This document shows, piece by piece, positions 1 to 7,895 of a stretch of 64,000 bases of DNA. The stretch is from assembly GCA_044376115.1 (NCBI GenBank), contig JBILLK010000034.1:47596-111595 (forward strand). The letters are read 5' to 3'. Position numbers and translations under genes: made by a program. The stretch comes from Polyangiaceae bacterium (lineage in GTDB: Bacteria > Myxococcota_A > Polyangia > Polyangiales > Polyangiaceae). Numbering within the stretch: position 1 is the stretch's first letter; each line of letters starts with the position of its first letter. Below the pieces are notes generated by a model. It made no database searches, was not told where the DNA came from, and saw only the letters and a list, made by a program, of their open reading frames with translations.

Positions 1-73
1 TTGCCTACCTTTACGCAGTCCGCGGGACAGAAAAAACGCTTACGGGCCTTCAGCTTCGCTACGCTCCGCTGCG

Positions 74-1099
74 ATGGATGCCCGTCGGCCAATCGTCATC
101 GCCCTCGCGGCTTTCGCCGTTACTTTCGCGCCGGCTGGATACGCGTGGGCGCAGCCCAAGCCCAAGGCCTCGGCCGAGCCCGCCTCCGCGAAGGACCAAG
201 CGCGCGTGCTCTTCGAGAAGGGCACCACCGCGCTCGGCGATAAGGACTTCAAGACAGCTGCACAGCTGTTGAGCGAAGCCGAGGGGTTGTTCCACGCGCC
301 CACGACACTTTTTTACCTTGGCACCGCGCAAATGGAGCTTGGGCTCCTGCTCGAGGCGCAGGCAAGCTTCAAGCGCGTCGCCGAGGAGAAGCTCAGCCCC
401 AAGGCCAGTGACGCCTTCAAAAAGGCCCAGTCCGAGTCGAAGAAGGCGCTCATCGATCTGGATGCACGCATCCCGAGCGTACTCGTCACCGTCGAGCCCG
501 CGGGCAGCCAAGGCGTCACCGTAACGATGAACGGCAAACCGCTCGAGGGCGTCGTGCTCGGGGAAAAGAGCCGCATCAACCCGGGGAGCTATCAATTCGA
601 AGCCAAGGCGGAGGGCCTGATCAGTGCCAAGCTCACGGTGGCCGCGGCCGAACGGACCACCGCTGACGTACGGCTCGTCCTGCAGCCCGTCGACAAACCG
701 CAGGTTGAACAAGCGGTGATCGTGCAACCGGTTGGCGATGAGTGGCCGGCCGGCCGGGTCGCCTCGATCCCGATCATGATCACCGGCGGTGCTCTCGCTG
801 TCGCGGGAGGCGTGCTGTTCGGCTTGTCGGCGATGAAGCGTTCAGAGGCGGATGACCGCTATGATCAATGCCCCACGTGTGAGGCTGAGGTGACGTCGCT
901 CGATGATCAAGCGACGCTGTTCGGCAATCTCGGTATTGGCTTTGCGGCAGTGGGCGGAGCGGCCGTGCTCTCCGGCGCGCTGATGTTCGCGCTCTTGGGG
1001 GAGAGTGGTGCTGAGGCGCCAGCAGCTGGCGACGTCTCCTTCCTGCTGGGCGTGCCGCAGGCGAACGTTGGCGCAAGCCTGCGCATCCAGCTGCAATAG
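74..1099 (+). CDS. Exported TPR-like/PEGA-like domain protein with C-terminal membrane hairpin (myxobacterial type)
   Basis: Signal peptide ending AYAWA; helical repeat ARVLFEKG...APTTLFYLG; beta region VTMNG..INPGSY; hydrophobic C-terminal segments. Confidence 0.65.
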   Translation: MDARRPIVIALAAFAVTFAPAGYAWAQPKPKASAEPASAKDQARVLFEKGTTALGDKDFKTAAQLLSEAEGLFHAPTTLFYLGTAQMELGLLLEAQASFKRVAEEKLSPKASDAFKKAQSESKKALIDLDARIPSVLVTVEPAGSQGVTVTMNGKPLEGVVLGEKSRINPGSYQFEAKAEGLISAKLTVAAAERTTADVRLVLQPVDKPQVEQAVIVQPVGDEWPAGRVASIPIMITGGALAVAGGVLFGLSAMKRSEADDRYDQCPTCEAEVTSLDDQATLFGNLGIGFAAVGGAAVLSGALMFALLGESGAEAPAAGDVSFLLGVPQANVGASLRIQLQ

Positions 1100-1141
1100 C
1101 GCTCCGTGAACGCCCATCGTCACAACCGCACCCAAGCTCGT

Positions 1142-1774
1142 ATGCGGTTCGGTCTGTTCGCCTGCCTCTTCGCTCTCGGTTGTGCCGCCACGCAGGAGGG
1201 CGCGGTCGATCCCGGCGTTCGCTTCGTCCCGCTGGCCAAAGACGCAAGCGGCCCAACGGCGAGCGTCTCGAGCGCGAGCACTCCGGTCGTAAGCGCTGCG
1301 GCCTCGGCCCCTTCCTTCGCTGCGGGTGCGGCTGCAGCTCCCAGCGCTACCCTTGGGACAAGCGCGGTTGCGCCCCCTCCGGCGGTCGCGCTCGCGTCCA
1401 CCAGCCCAGGTTCTGTCGCGCCGCTCGCTGGGCCCACCGCCGAGGATGAGGAAGAAGGCGGCCCTATCGACTTTGAAGAGAGCGGTAGCCTTTCATTGGC
1501 CCAACGCGCGGTGCTGAAGGTCGTTGGGCGCTGCTTTGTGCGCGCGCTCGAGCGTGGTGATGAGTCAAACGGCGCGCTCTGGGTGCAGCTCTCGGTGGCC
1601 GCTGACGGTCGCGTGGAGTCGGCCCTGCTCGCGGACGGATTTTCTCCCTACGTCAAAACCTGCGCCTCAGCAAAGCTCAAGGCGCTCTCCTTCCCGGAGA
1701 GCCCCGAGGAGCTACGTACCTATCGCTTTCCGATCAATGAAATAGCAACAGAGTCACGTGAGCCTGAGAATTGA
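1142..1774 (+). CDS. Lipoprotein with Ala/Ser/Pro linker and C-terminal AgmX/PglI (TonB-C-like) domain
   Basis: Lipobox FALGC after ATG 1142 (ORF track starts at GTG 1106); C-terminal RCF..AL..G.LWVQLSV..DGRV...C...L.FP pattern. Confidence 0.55.
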   Translation: MRFGLFACLFALGCAATQEGAVDPGVRFVPLAKDASGPTASVSSASTPVVSAAASAPSFAAGAAAAPSATLGTSAVAPPPAVALASTSPGSVAPLAGPTAEDEEEGGPIDFEESGSLSLAQRAVLKVVGRCFVRALERGDESNGALWVQLSVAADGRVESALLADGFSPYVKTCASAKLKALSFPESPEELRTYRFPINEIATESREPEN

Positions 1775-1777
1775 GCC

Positions 1778-2569
1778 TCATGCGGCGGAGTTCTCGGCGT
1801 CCAGGCTGAGGCGGACCTCGGCGGTCGGAACGCCCATCGGGCCAAAGCTCCTCTCGATCATGAAGCCGCCGCGTTGCCCCACCGCGGCCAGCGTGCTCGC
1901 TCGGGTACCGTATTGAGCCCCAAGCACGAACGCAGCCGAGAGCCGCCGCTCGAGCTCCAAAGGCACGCCGGTGGCCGGGAGTTCACCGTCGGGCGCTAAC
2001 GCTGTATTGGCGAGCCAATCGAGGAAGCCTGGTTCGGGCGCTCGAGCGGCCTGCGCGGCAGCCGCCATCTGCTGCTCAAGCCGCTGCACTTTGGGCCACT
2101 GCTCGCCGAGCCGCCCGTTGGATAACGTCCAAATGCCCGGCGTTAGGCGATGCGCTGTAACGCTGCCAACGCCCACTCCCCCGGCGCTATCACGAATATA
2201 GTAGGCAGAGGTCGGATCCCCGACCAACAGGTTGAAAGAAGCATATTGCTCAGCACTACCTGCGACGTTTTGCGCATAGTCAGCCGCCGTGGCTTGCCCG
2301 CGAAGATAATCCGCTACGAGCGCCCCGCGGGAGGCGCCCTCTTTGCGTGCTTCGGGGTGTCGTAAGTTCGTAACAGCGGCAAACCGACCCGAGCCGGTGA
2401 GCCCCAGCCAGCCTCCGCCTCGTTCCAGATCACGACCGCCAAACACCAACGGTTGATCGCTCCAGCGAGCAAGGGGTGAAGTAGGCCGGGCAAAGAACTC
2501 GTCGCGATTGCCCAGTAAGACGATTGGAAAGTCGGCAAAGATGCCAAAAGCAAGGCTAATTAGGCACAT
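1778..2569 (-). CDS. NRDE/TANGO2 family protein
   Basis: N-terminal MCL, NRDEF, GRDL..GGGWLG, AAVTN, SRGALV, FNLL, WPKV and YGTRAST motifs. Confidence 0.93.
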   Translation of the reverse strand: MCLISLAFGIFADFPIVLLGNRDEFFARPTSPLARWSDQPLVFGGRDLERGGGWLGLTGSGRFAAVTNLRHPEARKEGASRGALVADYLRGQATAADYAQNVAGSAEQYASFNLLVGDPTSAYYIRDSAGGVGVGSVTAHRLTPGIWTLSNGRLGEQWPKVQRLEQQMAAAAQAARAPEPGFLDWLANTALAPDGELPATGVPLELERRLSAAFVLGAQYGTRASTLAAVGQRGGFMIERSFGPMGVPTAEVRLSLDAENSAA

Positions 2570-3670
2570 TTAGAGATCGAAGTACTCGTTGACTCCCTCG
2601 ATGTTCACGTCAATCCCAAACAGCCTGCCTTGCTCGCGGTCGGCTACGTACAGCACGTGCTTGGCGAAGCCGCCCACTCCACGGCCCCACTTGACGTTCG
2701 GTATCCAGTTCGACGGCAGGTCGGCGATCTTGGTGACCGCCCCCCCCGCCGTAATGCGGTAGACATAGCCGGTTTCGAACTCTGCGGCGTAAACATTGCC
2801 ACATTGGTCGACCCCCATCCCGTCGATGCCTCCGCTCTCGAAGGCCGCCGGGGGAACAAACACCGACCATGTTCCTGGTTGTCCGGGCGTTGGCTGGAGC
2901 ACCTTGTAAATGAGCCCTTCGTTGTAGCTACCCACGTAAAATACCGTCGGGTCTTCAGTGAAGGCGATGCCGTTGGGGTGCGTTACTTCAACCACGACGG
3001 TGGATACGCCGGTATCTGGGTGGACCCTCAGTACGCGGCCCCCGTTGTCTTCAGCGACATAGATGAACCCGTCTGGACCCACGTCGATGCCGTTGGGGTA
3101 CTCGAGGCCTCCGAGCAATACGTTCATCGATCCATCAGCGTATGCCCGTAGCAAAGCGCTATTCTCAACGTCGCACACCACCACCGAGTCGTCGGGCAGG
3201 GCGACCATCCCCGCTGGCTCATTGGCGAAGCTCGCTATCCAAAGGGAGACCTCGCCGGTCTTCTTCCTCCGTACGAGGTTGCCGTCGTCGTCGACGCTTA
3301 CGTGGTTACCCAGTGAGTCAAAGGCGAAGTCTTCCGCAGCGCCGAAGCCAGGCTGGCTCTCATACGCGACAGGAGCGGGAGGCAACATCGAGCACTCCAC
3401 CGGGCCGCTGCCGCCAAGGCTGCTTGCACCGTCTCCACCGCTGCCACCGAGCCCCCCGGTGCCGCCAAGCCCGCCGCTGCCGCCGCTAGGCACGCCACCG
3501 GAGCCTCCAGCGCCGCCTCCACCATCGGCCGCAACTCCGCCTCCTCCCTCCGAGCTACCTCCCTTGGGATCTCGATCGGCCCCGCGTCGCGTCCTCGACG
3601 TGCATGCGAGCGCGCAGACGCAGCTCAGGAGAGCAACGGAGACCCAGCTACGGCAAAGTAAGGGAGTCAC
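2570..3670 (-). CDS. SMP-30/gluconolactonase/LRE family lipoprotein
   Basis: Lipobox CALAC, Gly-rich linker, and propeller motifs AEDFAFD, YPNGID, HPNGIAF, IDGMGVDQCGNVY. Confidence 0.8.
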   Translation of the reverse strand: MTPLLCRSWVSVALLSCVCALACTSRTRRGADRDPKGGSSEGGGGVAADGGGGAGGSGGVPSGGSGGLGGTGGLGGSGGDGASSLGGSGPVECSMLPPAPVAYESQPGFGAAEDFAFDSLGNHVSVDDDGNLVRRKKTGEVSLWIASFANEPAGMVALPDDSVVVCDVENSALLRAYADGSMNVLLGGLEYPNGIDVGPDGFIYVAEDNGGRVLRVHPDTGVSTVVVEVTHPNGIAFTEDPTVFYVGSYNEGLIYKVLQPTPGQPGTWSVFVPPAAFESGGIDGMGVDQCGNVYAAEFETGYVYRITAGGAVTKIADLPSNWIPNVKWGRGVGGFAKHVLYVADREQGRLFGIDVNIEGVNEYFDL

Positions 3671-3778
3671 AAGAGCCTTTCACCCGGTCGTGCTACCGGG
3701 AATGGTAGTGTCGAGGGTACGGCCTCTCCCGCGCGTTCTCAAGCACGCGCCTTCTCGACTCCACGCCTTCGCAAAACC

Positions 3779-5065
3779 ATGAAGCTGCGCAACTTCGGCC
3801 AAACTTGGAGCTTCTCACCCAGGGAATGGCTCTTCCCCCGCAGCGAGCGTGAGATCGCTGATGCGGTCTGTGCGGCGCGCAAAGTCCGCGTGGTGGGCTC
3901 TGCTCACTCCTGGTCGCGCGGCGTCATCACAGACCATACCTTGCTCTCGCTCGATCGTATGAATCGCATCGTGCACGTCGATCGAGCGGCGCTCCGAGTG
4001 ACGGTACAGGCTGGTATCAAGCTCAAGCAGCTGATCGCGCAGTTGGCCAAGCTTGGGCTCGCGCTCTCCAACCTGGGCTCGATCGCCGATCAATCGCTAG
4101 CGGGGGCTATCGCGACGGGGACCCACGGCTCTGGCAGAAACTTCCGTTGCCTCGCCGACCAAGTGGAGGCCTTTCGGCTGATCGACGGGGAGGGGCGGGA
4201 GCGCCGTTTCACGCGCGGGCAGGGGGACTTCGACGCTGCCTTGGTGGGGCTAGGCTGTTTCGGCGTCGTCTACCAAGTAACGCTCGCGGTGGTGCCTTGT
4301 TTTCAGCTGCATGCGATCACCGACATGGCGCCTTACGAGCACGTCGTCGATTGCCTGGATACATACGTAAAAAGCTATGACCATTTCAAGTTCTGGTGGC
4401 TCGTCCCAACCGACAAGGTGATCCTCTTTCAGAACAACCGCACAGAGCGACCGCGCAATGACTCCACGCTCAAGCGCTGGTTCAAGGACGAGTTGCTAGC
4501 GGTGCTCGTTTATCGCTCGCTGGTGAAGCTACAGGGGCTGGATCGAGAGCGGCTCGTCCCTTTGGTCAATGAGCAACTTGGGGAACAGGTCGGCAAACGC
4601 TTTGATCGCGTGTGCCAAAGTCATATTGGCTTTCTCACGCCTTCGCCTCCGGTGCATCGCGAGACTGAATGGGCTTTTGACTGCGCGGACGCCAAGCCGC
4701 TCTTGCGAGCCTATCGGAAGCTGCTCGTGCAGAGTGGTTTTAGTTATAATTTTATCCAGGAGATTCGCTTCACCAAGGCGGACCCGTATTGGCTGAGCCC
4801 CGCCTATCAACGTGATTCAATCTGGCTATCCATGTACAACATGGATGAAGATCATCGCTGGCAACAGCAGCTGCGTCTCTTCGAGCAGTTTGCCCGAGAG
4901 CACGGCGGCAGACCCCATTGGGGCAAAGAGGCCTCCTTCGATCGGACTTACTCGCTCTCGCAGTGGCCTCAGCTACCAGCGTTCAGTGCGCTTGCGCGGA
5001 GCTATGATCCCAAGGCACGCTTCGTCAATGAATGGGCTGCACAGGCCCTCGGCCTCGCGGGTTGA
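3779..5065 (+). CDS. FAD-linked aldonolactone oxidoreductase (L-gulonolactone / D-arabinono-1,4-lactone oxidase family)
   Basis: VGSAHSWS (His for covalent FAD), GAIATGTHGSG, LGCFGVV, QEIRF and C-terminal GRPHWGK. Confidence 0.88.
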   Translation: MKLRNFGQTWSFSPREWLFPRSEREIADAVCAARKVRVVGSAHSWSRGVITDHTLLSLDRMNRIVHVDRAALRVTVQAGIKLKQLIAQLAKLGLALSNLGSIADQSLAGAIATGTHGSGRNFRCLADQVEAFRLIDGEGRERRFTRGQGDFDAALVGLGCFGVVYQVTLAVVPCFQLHAITDMAPYEHVVDCLDTYVKSYDHFKFWWLVPTDKVILFQNNRTERPRNDSTLKRWFKDELLAVLVYRSLVKLQGLDRERLVPLVNEQLGEQVGKRFDRVCQSHIGFLTPSPPVHRETEWAFDCADAKPLLRAYRKLLVQSGFSYNFIQEIRFTKADPYWLSPAYQRDSIWLSMYNMDEDHRWQQQLRLFEQFAREHGGRPHWGKEASFDRTYSLSQWPQLPAFSALARSYDPKARFVNEWAAQALGLAG

Positions 5066-5105
5066 GGCGCTGGCCAAGCCGCTCTGCCGATGAGAGACTG
5101 GGTCG

Positions 5106-5696
5106 ATGAAGTCCCTCTTCCTTGCGCTCTTCGGCTTGGCGACCGTCGCCTGTGACACCAGCGTAACCGACAGTGACGGGGAGGGCGGAGCTGGCGGTGA
5201 AGCGGGCGCTGGCGGCTCTGGAGGCTCATCGAGCTGCGCGGTTCCAGCAGGCCCGCCGGTGTTTGCCTTGGGCACGGGCGAGCAGTGTTTCGAGCCGATC
5301 GTCGCCGGGCAGTCCCTGAAGCTATTGGCTGGTCCGCAGGGCGGCTACCACGTATGGCTGGCAGTCGGCTGTTCGGACTGTGGGCCTTCGCTCTCGCTCG
5401 AGTGGTTGGCCGAGGACCCAGCGACCAACGAGCTGCTGGAGGGGGCCTTCTTCAGTCAACAGGTCGTCGATCTGAGCGGTGAGTGGCCTTCTGCGGCCGG
5501 CCTCGTCGTGGGCATGCCGGGCTCACAATATGATGAACAATCGCCTCCCTTACCTGTCGGTACTCGCTTCCAAATCCACGTTAAGACGCTGTCGCAGCCG
5601 GTCCATGTAGCAGTGGTCGAGGTCGAGGTCGGCGAAATTGAGCCATGGAACCCCTGCGCCGAGGACCCGAATCACCCGCTGTGCGGCTTCGGCTGA
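5106..5696 (+). CDS. Hypothetical lipoprotein
   Basis: Lipobox ATVAC, Gly linker and GPQGGYHVW motif. Confidence 0.7.
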   Translation: MKSLFLALFGLATVACDTSVTDSDGEGGAGGEAGAGGSGGSSSCAVPAGPPVFALGTGEQCFEPIVAGQSLKLLAGPQGGYHVWLAVGCSDCGPSLSLEWLAEDPATNELLEGAFFSQQVVDLSGEWPSAAGLVVGMPGSQYDEQSPPLPVGTRFQIHVKTLSQPVHVAVVEVEVGEIEPWNPCAEDPNHPLCGFG

Positions 5697-5788
5697 CCGC
5701 TCCTCGGGCCTGAACCAAGGTCGACTTCCAGCGTGGCGGATGCTTGATCCGTAAGGAACTTCGCGCTGGACGGTTTAGGATGCGCGCC

Positions 5789-6346
5789 ATGTCAGCCGAC
5801 CCGACGGGCGTCCCCGAACAAGGGCCCAAGAAGTTCGAAGACCTGCCTGCTGCTCAGCAGGACGTCGTGATGCGCGCTATCGAGGCTCAGCAGCATCGCC
5901 CCGGTGCGCTGCTACCAATTCTTCACGCCGTGCAGTCCGCCTTGGGCTGGGTACCACCGGCTGCCGTCGCTCCGATCGCACGTGCGCTCAACCAATCCCG
6001 CGCCGAGGTTCAGGGCGTATTGTCGTTCTATCACGACTTTCGCAGCGCCCCGCCCGGACGACAGATCATCAAAATCTGTCGGGCCGAAGCCTGTCAAGCA
6101 ATGGGTGCCGACGATCTCGTGGCCCACGCCAAACGCCGGCTCGCGATTGATTTCGGCGAAACGCGAGCCGACGGCGCGGTCACGTTGGAGCCTGTGTACT
6201 GTCTCGGGAACTGCGCCTGCGCTCCGGCGATCATGGTGGACGGCGTGCTCTACGGGCGCGTAAGTCGTGACCGCTTCGACCAACTTTCGAGCGGCTGCGA
6301 GGCGCAGTCGGCTCGCGAGCAGGCACGGTCGGAGAGCCCCTCATGA
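5789..6346 (+). CDS. fdsG: NAD-dependent formate dehydrogenase gamma subunit (NuoE-like 2Fe-2S)
   Basis: LLPILH.VQ, SRAEV.GV.SFYHDF, CRAEAC and YCLGNC motifs; ATG 5789 chosen because TAGGAT lies 7 nt upstream. Confidence 0.92.
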   Translation: MSADPTGVPEQGPKKFEDLPAAQQDVVMRAIEAQQHRPGALLPILHAVQSALGWVPPAAVAPIARALNQSRAEVQGVLSFYHDFRSAPPGRQIIKICRAEACQAMGADDLVAHAKRRLAIDFGETRADGAVTLEPVYCLGNCACAPAIMVDGVLYGRVSRDRFDQLSSGCEAQSAREQARSESPS

Positions 6347-7893
6347 GCACCAAGCTGTTTGTCCCGGGAGATGCTGCGGCTCGCTCCGTTGGCGCCGATC
6401 AAGTCGTCACCGCCCTCGTTGCGGAGGCGGCGGCTCGTGGGGAGGCCATCTCGATCGTACGCAACGGCTCGCGAGGCCTCCTGTGGCTGGAGCCGCTAAT
6501 CGAGGTGGAAACGCCGCAGGGCCGAGTGGCCTACGGCCCAGTGTTCCCCGAGGACGTCCCCAGCTTGTTTGAGAGCGGCTTTCTGTCCGGCTTGTCACAC
6601 CCTCTGGGTCACGGCCTGACCAACGCCATTCCCTATCTGCATAAACAAGAGCGGCTCACTTTCGCTCGCGTCGGCCTCACCGATCCGCTCTCGCTAAGCG
6701 ACTATGAGCAGCACGGTGGGCTCGTTGGGCTGCGCGCGGCGTTAGCCATTTCCCCCGAGGAGATCGTTGAGCGCGTCACCACCTCCGGGCTGCGTGGGCG
6801 CGGCGGCGCTGCCTTCCCTACCGGGATCAAGTGGCGCACGGTTCTGCAGACCCCGGCCGAGCAGAAGTATGTCGTGTGCAACGCCGATGAGGGGGACTCC
6901 GGCACCTTCTCCGACCGGATGTTGATGGAGGGAGATCCCTTCCTGCTAATTGAAGGTATGGTGATCGCCGGGCTGGCGACCGGGGCAACCCGCGGCAGCA
7001 TTTACCTGCGCTCGGAGTACCCCGACGCCGCACGCGTGCTCACCCAGGCGCTCATCAAAGCGCGTGAACATGGGCTGCTGGGAAATAACATATTAGGTAG
7101 CGGGCGCGGCTTCGAACTCGAACTCTACCTCGGTGCTGGTAGCTACGTATGCGGTGAGGAGACCGCCCTGCTCGAGAGTCTCGAGGGCAAGCGCGGCGTG
7201 GTGCGCTATCGGCCACCCGTGCCGGCGGTGAAGGGGCTGTGGGGTAAACCCACGGCGCTCAATAACGTAGTCACGCTCGCCTCGGTACCGTTCATTCTGG
7301 CGAACGGGCCTGAGGCCTATCGCGATTATGGCGCGGGCCGCTCGCGCGGGACGCTGGCGTTTCAGCTCGCCGGGAACCTCAAACGCGGCGGTCTGGTGGA
7401 GCGAGCCTTCGGCGTGACGCTGCGCGAGCTGCTCTACGACTACGGCGGTGGCTCGGCCAGTGGGCGGCCGCTGCGCGCAGTGCAGGTGGGCGGGCCGCTC
7501 GGAGCCTTCATCCCTGCCTCTCAGTTTGATCTGCCGCTCGACTACGAGGCCTTCGCCGCCCAAGGCTCAATCGTCGGGCATGGCGGCATCGTTGCCTTTG
7601 ACGACACCGTGGATATGGCGAAGATGGCCCGCTACGCGCTCGAGTTTTGCGCCATTGAGTCGTGCGGCAAATGCACGCCCTGTCGCATTGGCTCTACGCG
7701 CGGTGTGGAGCTGCTCGATCGCCTGCGCGCCGGTGAACGTCCCAAGCAGCAGCTCACGGTGCTCAATGATCTGCTGCATACCATGGAGCATGCTTCGTTG
7801 TGTGCGCTCGGCGGTATGACCCCCTATCCCGTTCGCAGCGCGTTAACACATTTTGCTGCGGACTTTGGCGTTGAGAGCTCGGTGGAGAAGTAA
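6343..7893 (+). CDS. fdsB: NAD-dependent formate dehydrogenase beta subunit (NuoF-like, FMN)
   Basis: RNGSRGL.WLEP, GLRGRGGAAFPTGIKW, CNADEGDSGTF, YVCGEET, ESCGKCTPCR; ATGA overlap with fdsG. Confidence 0.95.
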   Translation: MSTKLFVPGDAAARSVGADQVVTALVAEAAARGEAISIVRNGSRGLLWLEPLIEVETPQGRVAYGPVFPEDVPSLFESGFLSGLSHPLGHGLTNAIPYLHKQERLTFARVGLTDPLSLSDYEQHGGLVGLRAALAISPEEIVERVTTSGLRGRGGAAFPTGIKWRTVLQTPAEQKYVVCNADEGDSGTFSDRMLMEGDPFLLIEGMVIAGLATGATRGSIYLRSEYPDAARVLTQALIKAREHGLLGNNILGSGRGFELELYLGAGSYVCGEETALLESLEGKRGVVRYRPPVPAVKGLWGKPTALNNVVTLASVPFILANGPEAYRDYGAGRSRGTLAFQLAGNLKRGGLVERAFGVTLRELLYDYGGGSASGRPLRAVQVGGPLGAFIPASQFDLPLDYEAFAAQGSIVGHGGIVAFDDTVDMAKMARYALEFCAIESCGKCTPCRIGSTRGVELLDRLRAGERPKQQLTVLNDLLHTMEHASLCALGGMTPYPVRSALTHFAADFGVESSVEK

Positions 7894-7895
7894 CC

